Of a stretch of DNA of 22,390 bases, positions 15,346 to 22,390 are shown in pieces. Each line of letters opens with the position of its first letter. The stretch's first letter is position 1. Source of the stretch: Bdellovibrionales bacterium (GTDB lineage: Bacteria > Bdellovibrionota > UBA1018 > CAIMNF01); contig JBEIJY010000036.1 of NCBI GenBank assembly GCA_040380025.1, forward strand, positions 1 to 22,390, written 5' to 3'. Made by a program: the position numbers and the translations under genes. A model generated the notes under the pieces. That model saw nothing but the letters and a program-made list of their open reading frames with translations, searched no databases and was not told the origin of the DNA.

Positions 15346-16018
15346 TCAAATCGAGATACGCGATCGCCTCGCGATGGACGGGGTCGAGCTCGAGCACCGA
15401 TTCCCATTCCAGTTCCGCATCCAGAATATTCCCCTGACTGTAATGCAACAGCCCGAGCTGTACCCGGACCGAAGGGTCCGAGGGCCGCTCTTGCTTCAGT
15501 TGCTGGAGGTCCTGGATTGCGCGCGTGATGAAGCCCTTTTTCGCGAACGATTTTGCGCGCTTGATCCGCATCTCGCTCGATTGCGGATCCAGAAGAATCG
15601 CCTTGTTGTATTCCTCGATCGCCTCGTCGAACCGGCGGTGCCGGAAGTACAGATCCCCGAGCTCGAAGTGCTTGACCGCAAAGCGCCGGTCGATTTGCAG
15701 GTCGTCGCCGATTTGCTTCAGGAACACGCTCTGGTTCGCCTGCTCGAAAATCTTCTTCGCCTCGTCGTAGCGGCCGATGTCGTTCAGGATGATGCTCAGG
15801 CAGACCGCCGCATCGGTGTGCCGGGGCTCGAGCGAGAGCGCGTGGCGCAGATCCTCGATCGAGTCGACCAGCCGCCCCTGATACGAGCGGAGCAAGCCGC
15901 GGAGGTAATAAAAATCCGCGTTGTCGGGCTCGGTCGTGAGCGCCCGGACGAGCTGGTCTTCGGCCGCCCGGTACTTCTTTTGCTGGATCGTCTTTTGGAT
16001 TTCCTTTGCCGTGTTCAT
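15320..16018 (-). CDS. TPR-repeat protein
   Basis: Multiple TPR-like units (YYLRG..A.SLEP, HFELG..DEAIEEY..A..LDP, VQLG..Y..VLELDP). Confidence 0.85.
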   Translation of the reverse strand: MNTAKEIQKTIQQKKYRAAEDQLVRALTTEPDNADFYYLRGLLRSYQGRLVDSIEDLRHALSLEPRHTDAAVCLSIILNDIGRYDEAKKIFEQANQSVFLKQIGDDLQIDRRFAVKHFELGDLYFRHRRFDEAIEEYNKAILLDPQSSEMRIKRAKSFAKKGFITRAIQDLQQLKQERPSDPSVRVQLGLLHYSQGNILDAELEWESVLELDPVHREAIAYLDLIKSSRPVS

Positions 16019-16025
16019 GATGGCC

Positions 16026-16682
16026 TCACTCGTTCGGGAGTTGGTTCAGGGTTTCCTGCGCCTTCGGAGCAACGTCGGATTCGGCGTAAAAACTCAGGAT
16101 TTTTTCGAGCCGGAGCTTCGCCGAGGCGTGTTTCTTGCGGCGGATGTAAAACCGGGCGATCTCGAATTCCTTCTGGGCGAGCTTGTTGTAGGCCGAGGTC
16201 TTCATTTCGCGGGCCTGAGTGGCGAATTCCCCGTCCGGATAGCGCTGCAGATACTGGGTGAAGGTCGTGACGGCGCTTTCGCCCGATTTCAGGTCGCGCT
16301 CGATGGTCGAGGGAATGTCGCGATAATACGATTCCCCCGCCCGGAACAGCGCATAGCCGGTGCGCTCATGCTTCGGGAACAGCTCGACGAAGGTTTCGTA
16401 GGCGGCCGAGGCTTCGGGAAACAGCTCCTGCATGAAGTACACATCGCCGATGCGAAGCTGGGCGAGCGCCCCGTATTTCGAGTACGAGAACTTGCTTTTG
16501 ACCACGCGGAGCTTGTCGAGGGCGATCAGGTAGCGGGCGCTTTCGACGTCCGCATCGGCGTCCTCGTACATTTCTTTCGGGTCGTTCTCGTTCAGGCTCT
16601 TGCCGGAGCACCCGGGAAGAAGCGCGATCGACACCAGCACCGGAAGCGCGCAGAGCAGGGTTTTCATGAGAGCACGGGTCAT
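16026..16682 (-). CDS. bamD: outer membrane protein assembly factor BamD (lipoprotein)
   Basis: Lipobox LPGC; FSYSKYGALAQLRIGD, YETFVELFPKH, ERD, RYPDGEF and EFEIARFY motifs; AGGAG SD. Confidence 0.88.
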   Translation of the reverse strand: MTRALMKTLLCALPVLVSIALLPGCSGKSLNENDPKEMYEDADADVESARYLIALDKLRVVKSKFSYSKYGALAQLRIGDVYFMQELFPEASAAYETFVELFPKHERTGYALFRAGESYYRDIPSTIERDLKSGESAVTTFTQYLQRYPDGEFATQAREMKTSAYNKLAQKEFEIARFYIRRKKHASAKLRLEKILSFYAESDVAPKAQETLNQLPNE

Positions 16683-16691
16683 GGAAATCTC

Positions 16692-17420
16692 CTAAAGCGG
16701 AAGCAGGCTCGAAAGCGGAAGCCATGCGGTCTGCTCGCCGTTATACCGCACTTTCTGCCAGCTTTCATTTTCATTCACGTTCATCGCCTGGCCCACGAGC
16801 CGCACCTTCACCCCCATGTCGATGGGCGTGATTTCAGGAAAGCTCAGGCCCGGGCCGCTCCGGAGGAGCTCGCGGTTGACGAGCACCGCGGCGGGCGAGG
16901 AACTGCCGGTGCGGTAGGCCGCGTACAGGGCAAGGGTCAGGACGAACGCGAGCGCGCCGAACCAGCCCGAGGGCCGCAAAAACGCCTTTGTGATGTTCCG
17001 GGTGCGCAGGTAGGCGCGGATCCACAAAAGCGAGACCACCACGGTGATCAGGCCGATCACGCCCAGGATTTCGTCTTTTTGGATGCGGTCCGAGAAGCGC
17101 TCGAGCGAGGTCGAGGCCGGATCGAGCGCGGTCCCGGCTCCAGAATTGGCCAAATGCTCCCCGAGCTTTTTTTGCGCAAGTCGGAGGTTCCGGGTGATCT
17201 CGGGATCATGGGGCTTCAGCTGGTTGGATTTTTCGAGATACGCGACGGCAAGCCCCGCCTGGCCGAGTTTGCCGTGCAGAATGCCGAGGTTGTAAAAATA
17301 CGTCGCATCGTAGGTGGGACTCTGGCGGAGGGCCTCGATGGCCTCTTTGAGTTTTCCCGCAGACTCCAGCTGAACAATGTCCGCCATCGGAGCAGAATGT
17401 ATCGACGGGGGCTCTTTCAT
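16692..17420 (-). CDS. BatE-like TPR + two TM helices + SH3-like protein
   Basis: YFYNLG..GLAVAYLEKS..PHDPEITRNL (TPR), two hydrophobic segments, then LRSGPG..G.KV..W.KV..WLP (SH3b). Start uncertain (17420 or 17387). Confidence 0.7.
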   Translation of the reverse strand: MKEPPSIHSAPMADIVQLESAGKLKEAIEALRQSPTYDATYFYNLGILHGKLGQAGLAVAYLEKSNQLKPHDPEITRNLRLAQKKLGEHLANSGAGTALDPASTSLERFSDRIQKDEILGVIGLITVVVSLLWIRAYLRTRNITKAFLRPSGWFGALAFVLTLALYAAYRTGSSSPAAVLVNRELLRSGPGLSFPEITPIDMGVKVRLVGQAMNVNENESWQKVRYNGEQTAWLPLSSLLPL

Positions 17421-17456
17421 TGCAACAAAAATAAGTGTTTGATATTCAAAAACAAG

Positions 17457-18902
17457 ATGATGAGTTTTCAGAAATTTCAAGAGCATGCGAAGCGGATTCT
17501 CGGCATTCCCTCGCACGCCGAGTCCGGAAACGAGGAGCTCGCGCGGTACTACGAGTCGCTGATGCACGATCTCGGAATGAAGACGCGGCTTCAGCCGGTG
17601 AACCACTCCTCGGACGACCTCTCCAAGCGCCAGGTCAACCTGATCGGCTTTACCGGCGATCCTCTTGTCGATCGCACCACGCGAAGAGGATGCCTGTTCG
17701 TGAATCCGCTCGATGTGAGCACCGGGAACCTTCCGCACCTCTGGACGGCGACCCAGGGGAATCCCCAAGCGCCGATCGTGACCGCACAGGGCATCGTGGG
17801 AGCCGGGGCGGTGCAAGGGAAGCTCGATTTTTTGTGCCGGATTTTCGCCGCCACCGAGCTGGTCGACAAACGGCTTCGGAATCCGATTTATCTTGCGGGA
17901 ACCTGCGGGTCCCATCACGGCATGATGGGCACGCGGTTTCTGATCGAGTCCCTCGCGGTGAACCCGAAGGAGGTCTATACCTTCGCGCCCACGCGGCTCC
18001 AGATCTCGAAAGAAGCTCCGGGGCAACTCGTGTACCGCGTCGATCTCGATTCGCCCATGCGCGAGCGCGATGCGCGCGGCTACAACCGGAGCCTTACGAT
18101 CACTGCCTTCGGCCTCGGGGTCGATTTCGCCACCCCGTGCGATGCGATCAATGCGTTCGACTTGCTCATGGATCTTCTACTCTCGGCGGCCGAGCAGGGG
18201 TTTGATTTTCAGTGGTCGCTCCTCGAGACCAAAAGTGCGTCGGGGACGAACCCCGACCTCGCCTCGGCGCAGATTTCGCTCACTTCGTTTCAGCTCGAGG
18301 ATTTCAAGCAGTTTTTGCGCAATCGCATCGGAAGCGAGGACCAGGAGCGATTTTACCGCGTCGATTTTTCGGGCATCACCGAGGCGGGCACCCGCTTCAT
18401 TCCGGGCGAGATCATCGAGGTGATCCTCGAGCTCGACCACGAGTGGAAGAGCTTCGTCGCCGACTTGAACCGGCTTCCGAATCCGCGCTTCGAGCTTCCC
18501 GAGAGCATCGGCACGCTGGTGCGCGTTTCGCGCCGGAGCCCCGCGAAGGTGGCGGTGGGGTTCGAGCTGCGGTTTTTGCCCGAGCATGATCCGGTCGTGA
18601 TCGACCAAGCGTGGAAGGAGCGCGTGAAGCGCATTTCGGTCAAATACGAGCGGTTCCACCTGAGTGTGCTCCGCGAGCACCTTGTGCCCGGCATGGCGGC
18701 CCCCCAGGCGGGCTCGGAGTGGAACACGAACTACCTGAGCGATGCGGGATTGTTCCACAAGGCGCGCTTTCCGGTGAGCATCATCGGCTCGGGCTCCGTG
18801 CAGGATTTTCCGAAGGGTCCGAACGAGGCGGTCCGGTGGGCCGATCTCGAGCAGGCGATTCAAGTGTACCGCGACCTGATGGTTCGCGCATCGCAGGGGT
18901 AG
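17457..18902 (+). CDS. M20/ArgE-DapE fold protein with degenerate metal-binding site
   Basis: Motif order of M20 hydrolases (IPS..NEE, VNLIG, LDV..W...P, GAGA..K, PT, LRFLP, SDAG, PNE), but the ligand residues are substituted. Confidence 0.75.
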   Translation: MMSFQKFQEHAKRILGIPSHAESGNEELARYYESLMHDLGMKTRLQPVNHSSDDLSKRQVNLIGFTGDPLVDRTTRRGCLFVNPLDVSTGNLPHLWTATQGNPQAPIVTAQGIVGAGAVQGKLDFLCRIFAATELVDKRLRNPIYLAGTCGSHHGMMGTRFLIESLAVNPKEVYTFAPTRLQISKEAPGQLVYRVDLDSPMRERDARGYNRSLTITAFGLGVDFATPCDAINAFDLLMDLLLSAAEQGFDFQWSLLETKSASGTNPDLASAQISLTSFQLEDFKQFLRNRIGSEDQERFYRVDFSGITEAGTRFIPGEIIEVILELDHEWKSFVADLNRLPNPRFELPESIGTLVRVSRRSPAKVAVGFELRFLPEHDPVVIDQAWKERVKRISVKYERFHLSVLREHLVPGMAAPQAGSEWNTNYLSDAGLFHKARFPVSIIGSGSVQDFPKGPNEAVRWADLEQAIQVYRDLMVRASQG

Positions 18903-18906
18903 CGCC

Positions 18907-20202
18907 GTGTCTTCAGCCTATTCTGAGATCGATTCGCTCGTCCAAGGGGCCCTACTTCGCACGGGCCACTTTCGCACAGCCTGTCCTGCCGGGTCTTCGG
19001 CGTGGAGGGCCCTGGTTCGGGCGACCTTGCAAGCGATCGAGGCGAATCGCGAGCGGTTATTCTCGACGATCGAGCAAGAAACAGGACGCATCGAGTGCGA
19101 TTTCGAGGCCGAGCTTGCGGCCGTGCGTGCTCTTTTGGGCGCATTCGACGAGATTCCCGCCCCCGGGCCGGGACTCGAGGCGCGCGGCGTGGCCGCCGTG
19201 GTGGGGTCTTCGGTGTGGCCGGTGTTGCACTCGGTCCAGTTTGCGCTTTTGAATTTGGGCGCGGGAAACCCCGTGATTCTGAAGCCCGCCGAGAAGGTCA
19301 CCCGGACCGTGCAGGCGTTGGTCGGACTCCTTGCGAATGCGCATCCGCTCTGGAACGACGTGCGGGTTTTGCCCGGAGACCGCGAGACGGGCCGAAGGCT
19401 CGTGTGCCACGAAGGGGTCTCGGTGGTGGTGTTTCAGGGCTCATTCGAGGCCGGAATGCGAGTGCGGCAAGATACGCTCTCACAGCCGGCCAAGGAGGTC
19501 CTGCTGTTCTTGGGGGCGAAGAATCCGGTGATTCTGCTCGACGAGCCCGGCGAGGCTGTTCTCGATGCGATCCTTCGCGATGCTTTTGTCGGCGCGGGCC
19601 AGAACTGCCTGAGCGCCTCGCAGGTGTGGGTCCAAGGGGCCTTCTTTGAACGCTTCGTTGCGGATTTTCATGAAAAATCAAAAGCCTTTCGCATTGGATC
19701 TGCCGGGAGCGGTGCCCTCATGGGCCCCCTGCTCGATGCGGCGATTTCAGATCGGTACTTCAAATTCATCGGAATATCGGAGCGCGAAGGCGCCGAGATC
19801 GTGATGAGGGGGAAGCCCCTGTCTTCGTCGGGCGGGGGGAACCTGGTGACCCCGACCCTTGCGGTGTTTTCGTCGATGACGCCCGATCAGATGCGGCGGA
19901 GCGTGAGTCTTCAGACCGAGATTCTCGCCCCGCATCTTTCGATCATTCGCTTTGACCGCGACGAAGAGCTGTCGGGGGCGCTTTCGCGGCTCAGTTACGG
20001 ACACTCCGCGGCGATCTATGGCGATTCTTCGCATGCGCGCGCTCTCGCAGAGGGGCTTTCGTTCGGCCGGGTGCTTGTGAATCAGGAGCTTTTGCGATCG
20101 GACCCTTCGGTTTCGGCCCAGGTGTGCAAGCGGAGCGGAAACCACGCGATGCTCGGAACCGGGCTTCTGGGCCAGCTCATGCGAAGCCGATTCGTCGGTT
20201 GA
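18907..20202 (+). CDS. aldehyde dehydrogenase family protein (degenerate/atypical)
   Basis: GNPVILKPAE, FQGS, GAKNP, GQNC, MGPL and EILAP motifs; GTG start 4 nt after the previous stop. Confidence 0.8.
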   Translation: MSSAYSEIDSLVQGALLRTGHFRTACPAGSSAWRALVRATLQAIEANRERLFSTIEQETGRIECDFEAELAAVRALLGAFDEIPAPGPGLEARGVAAVVGSSVWPVLHSVQFALLNLGAGNPVILKPAEKVTRTVQALVGLLANAHPLWNDVRVLPGDRETGRRLVCHEGVSVVVFQGSFEAGMRVRQDTLSQPAKEVLLFLGAKNPVILLDEPGEAVLDAILRDAFVGAGQNCLSASQVWVQGAFFERFVADFHEKSKAFRIGSAGSGALMGPLLDAAISDRYFKFIGISEREGAEIVMRGKPLSSSGGGNLVTPTLAVFSSMTPDQMRRSVSLQTEILAPHLSIIRFDRDEELSGALSRLSYGHSAAIYGDSSHARALAEGLSFGRVLVNQELLRSDPSVSAQVCKRSGNHAMLGTGLLGQLMRSRFVG

Positions 20203-20219
20203 ATCAGCTGCTACAAACT

Positions 20220-20255
20220 AAAAAGCCCCGCAAGGGGGTTCCTTGCAGGGCTTTT
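20220..20255. terminator. bidirectional intrinsic terminator between convergent ALDH-like and csp genes
   Basis: AAAAGCCC-c-GCAAGG-gggtt-CCTTGC-a-GGGCTTTT hairpin with A/T tracts on both sides. Confidence 0.85.
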
Positions 20256-20275
20256 CGGAAATTGTTCCGTCGCGA

Positions 20276-20494
20276 TCAGACGTCGTATTTTACGACGTTG
20301 TACGCCTGAGGACCTTTCGGTCCGGTCACGAGTTCGAACTCGACGATTTGTCCTTCCGAGAGAGTTTTGAATCCATCCCCTTGGATCGCGGAGTAATGAA
20401 CAAAAATATCGCCTTGTACGGCTTCTGCCTGCACAAATCCGAATCCTTTTGCATCATTAAACCACTTCACGGTGCCTTTTACCTGAGTTGCCAT
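20276..20494 (-). CDS. cold-shock protein (CspA family)
   Basis: [15 protein letters not shown] (RNP1), IFVHYSAI (RNP2), GFKTL.EGQ and GPKGPQA motifs. Confidence 0.97.
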   Translation of the reverse strand: MATQVKGTVKWFNDAKGFGFVQAEAVQGDIFVHYSAIQGDGFKTLSEGQIVEFELVTGPKGPQAYNVVKYDV

Positions 20495-20550
20495 TGAAAT
20501 CCCCTTTCAAAACATAGATGGAAGCAACCAATGTTGGTGTTGATTACTCA

Positions 20551-20579
20551 GGGATAACGAGCGAGCAAAAATCCGTCAA
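20551..20579 (-). promoter_or_regulatory. candidate sigma70 promoter for the csp gene
   Basis: Minus strand TTGACG-N17-TATCCC, just downstream of the preceding terminator; the -10 is imperfect. Confidence 0.4.
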
Positions 20580-20581
20580 AC

Positions 20582-20612
20582 AAAAAAAGCAGAGCGGCGG
20601 ACCGCTCTGCTT
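20582..20612 (-). terminator. intrinsic terminator of the secreted-protein gene
   Basis: Minus strand GCAGAGCGG-UCCG-CCGCUCUGC followed by U7. Confidence 0.9.
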
Positions 20613-20644
20613 CATGGTGATTGATTCGTAGGGAGAGGACAGGG

Positions 20645-22096
20645 TTACATCATGTAAGGTGCCGGTCCCGCAGGAGCCATGAACATCTGTTGGTTCATGG
20701 GTTGAGCCTGGTTGAAAGGCGCCTGGAATCGCGGGTCAAACGGAGCATAGGGCTGTTGTTGGAGCATCGGGTACCCGGTCTGGAACGGTACCGCCGTGGT
20801 TTGCGGGCCGTACAGACTTTGGTTTTGCATCCAAGGGTAGGGCGCATTTGCGACCTGCTGACCCTGTACGGCAAACCCGCTGCTGCGTCCCACATCGAAC
20901 ATTCCGTTGTGATAAGCCGGAGCCTGTTCCTGGAAGGTCGCGTTCATGTAGCGCTGGTAAAGCGAGTTGAAGTTGTTCTGTGCCGCTTCGAGTTCCGCCT
21001 GTGCCCGGGGGCAGTACATCGGAGCCTGGGTGCAAACATACTGTACGTCTTGCTGGCGCTTCAGTACCTCGTGCTTCTTGTCGTTCAACGCTTCGGTCGC
21101 CACAGGATGGAGGGGGTCCACTTCGGCGATGAAGTTCACGCGGGCGGAACCGCGGGAATAGGCGCGCTTGAGTTCGCGGGCCTCGCGTTTTTCGTCGCGA
21201 TCCAGGCCGGGAAATTCAGCCTTTTCGCGGTACACCGCCGCAATGAAATCAGCATGATCCTCGGGGCGTGCGCAGGCCTTGGAGCGCTTTTTGCCTTCTT
21301 TTCGGCACTCGGCGGCAGATTCCTTTGCGATCGCCTCGTTTTTGGCAAGAAGCTCGTCATACAGCTCGCTTACGCTTCCGAGCATGTCTTCTTTGTTGTC
21401 GTCGCCGAACTTGTTTGCGGTTTGGGCGAGATCATCCAGCTCTTTCAAAATCTTGTTCAGTCCCGAAAGGGTCTCGGCGTCTTCAATTTTTTGTTTTGAT
21501 TTGCCGACGGTGTCTTCCATCAGGCTTTTGGCGATGGGTTCGAACCATTCGCCGACAGAAAGTGCTTCCTCTACTTTGTCAGCGTTACAGTTGGTGCAAT
21601 CTTTGTCGGCATCTGATTTGTACAGTTTTTCGAGGCTTAAGTATCTCGGAGAAAAAATCTCAGTGTCCTCGAATGTTCCATTATCATCGGGAAGCTGAAC
21701 AATCAGAAGCTCGGATTTGCCGTTTACAGTGTCCGATAATTCAACTTGTTTCTTCTGTTTGGTGGCATCCTTGTCTTCTTTTTCGCAATCTTCCCAGGAC
21801 TTCGTGCCAGAGTATTTGATCGTCACCTGAAGCCGCTTGCTTCTGGCGTCGAGATCAATCTCGCTCGACTCGGAATCGGATTCTTCCGGCTCCACAGATT
21901 CGGAAGTCATTGTGACGGTACAGCCATCGGGCAGATTCCCCGTCAGCTCAAGTTTGTCCCCTTTGAATTTGAGGGTCAGACCCACGTCTTTCAGGTCCCC
22001 TTCGGTGAGGGTGTGGGTTTGATCCTGCGCCCACGCCAAGGTCGGGGTGCCCATCAGGGCGAATAGCAGTAACGAGCTATAGATTCTAGGTTTCAT
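20645..22096 (-). CDS. secreted hypothetical protein with Q/P/M/Y-rich C-terminal tail
   Basis: AAGGAG SD before ATG 22096; Sec signal peptide MKPRIYSSLLLFALMGTPTLAWA; 483 aa; has its own terminator. Confidence 0.85.
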   Translation of the reverse strand: MKPRIYSSLLLFALMGTPTLAWAQDQTHTLTEGDLKDVGLTLKFKGDKLELTGNLPDGCTVTMTSESVEPEESDSESSEIDLDARSKRLQVTIKYSGTKSWEDCEKEDKDATKQKKQVELSDTVNGKSELLIVQLPDDNGTFEDTEIFSPRYLSLEKLYKSDADKDCTNCNADKVEEALSVGEWFEPIAKSLMEDTVGKSKQKIEDAETLSGLNKILKELDDLAQTANKFGDDNKEDMLGSVSELYDELLAKNEAIAKESAAECRKEGKKRSKACARPEDHADFIAAVYREKAEFPGLDRDEKREARELKRAYSRGSARVNFIAEVDPLHPVATEALNDKKHEVLKRQQDVQYVCTQAPMYCPRAQAELEAAQNNFNSLYQRYMNATFQEQAPAYHNGMFDVGRSSGFAVQGQQVANAPYPWMQNQSLYGPQTTAVPFQTGYPMLQQQPYAPFDPRFQAPFNQAQPMNQQMFMAPAGPAPYMM

Positions 22097-22133
22097 GGTT
22101 TCTCTCCTTACGAATTCAATCATCTTGACTAAA

Positions 22134-22150
22134 AGCAAGACCGGGGCCAA
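22134..22150 (-). promoter_or_regulatory. sigma54 (-24/-12) promoter
   Basis: Minus strand TTGGCCCCGGTCTTGCT matches TGGCAC-N5-TTGC with exact GG-N10-GC spacing, about 40 nt before the start codon. Confidence 0.7.
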
Positions 22151-22350
22151 CTCGTAGGCGCCCTAAAATGGATCTCCCGCCCCCTGCCCTGCTTTTGGAC
22201 AGACGGGTGTCCAGGGTTTAGACACCTTCGTTTGGACTTCACTGGAGTGGATGGGGGGAAGTTCTAAATCGCTCCCTTTGATCGTGCTTGGTAAAGGAGG
22301 GGGATCGGGAGAGGTCTTTGGAATAATTCCGTTTTTGCCGACTCTCGCGA

Positions 22351-22385
22351 GCCAGGATGGCGAAAGCGAGGCCGCAGGATGCGGC
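22351..22385 (+). promoter_or_regulatory. two tandem CsrA-type CAGGAUG hairpins
   Basis: GCC-AGGAU-GGC (22351-22361) and GCCGC-AGGAU-GCGGC (22371-22385). Confidence 0.55.
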
Positions 22386-22390
22386 ATGGA

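Noticed and set aside
15921..18026. 993-aa (+) and 444-aa (-) ORFs suggesting long overlapping genes
   Set aside because: The extensions are antisense shadows; family similarity begins near 17457 (+) and 17420 (-), either side of an AT-rich gap.
22163..22387. 74-aa minus-strand ORF
   Set aside because: Pro/Ser-rich with no motif, and it overlaps apparent regulatory DNA.
1..22390. CRISPR array, tRNA/rRNA, IS or prophage genes
   Set aside because: No regularly spaced repeats, RNA-gene signatures, or transposase/integrase/phage-like ORFs seen.

Overview
GC-rich bacterial chromosomal window; gene content suggests a Bdellovibrionota/Oligoflexia-like or deltaproteobacterial lineage (inference). 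From left to right it holds the 3' part of an FG-GAP/beta-propeller protein, a minus-strand purB-folD-gcvT-gcvH-deaminase (Bd3614-like) operon without gcvP, and a divergent flagellar operon flgF-flgG-flgA-flgH-flgI-flgJ(rod-binding only)-flgM-flgN-flgK-flgL-csrA-fliW. These are followed by a convergent TPR/bamD/BatE-like group, an M20-peptidase-fold plus ALDH-fold gene pair with degenerate active sites, a cold-shock gene, and a secreted hypothetical protein with a sigma54-type promoter. The most striking unannotated signal is RNA-level. CsrA-type hairpins (GGA in AGGAN/ANGGAN loops) sit in most flagellar gene leaders, a ~180-nt GGA-dense element closed by a 9-bp inverted repeat lies between flgI and flgJ (candidate CsrB/RsmZ-like sponge in a FliW-encoding genome), and two more CAGGAUG hairpins lie at the right edge. 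All calls are from reading motifs by eye; no searches or folding programs were run.
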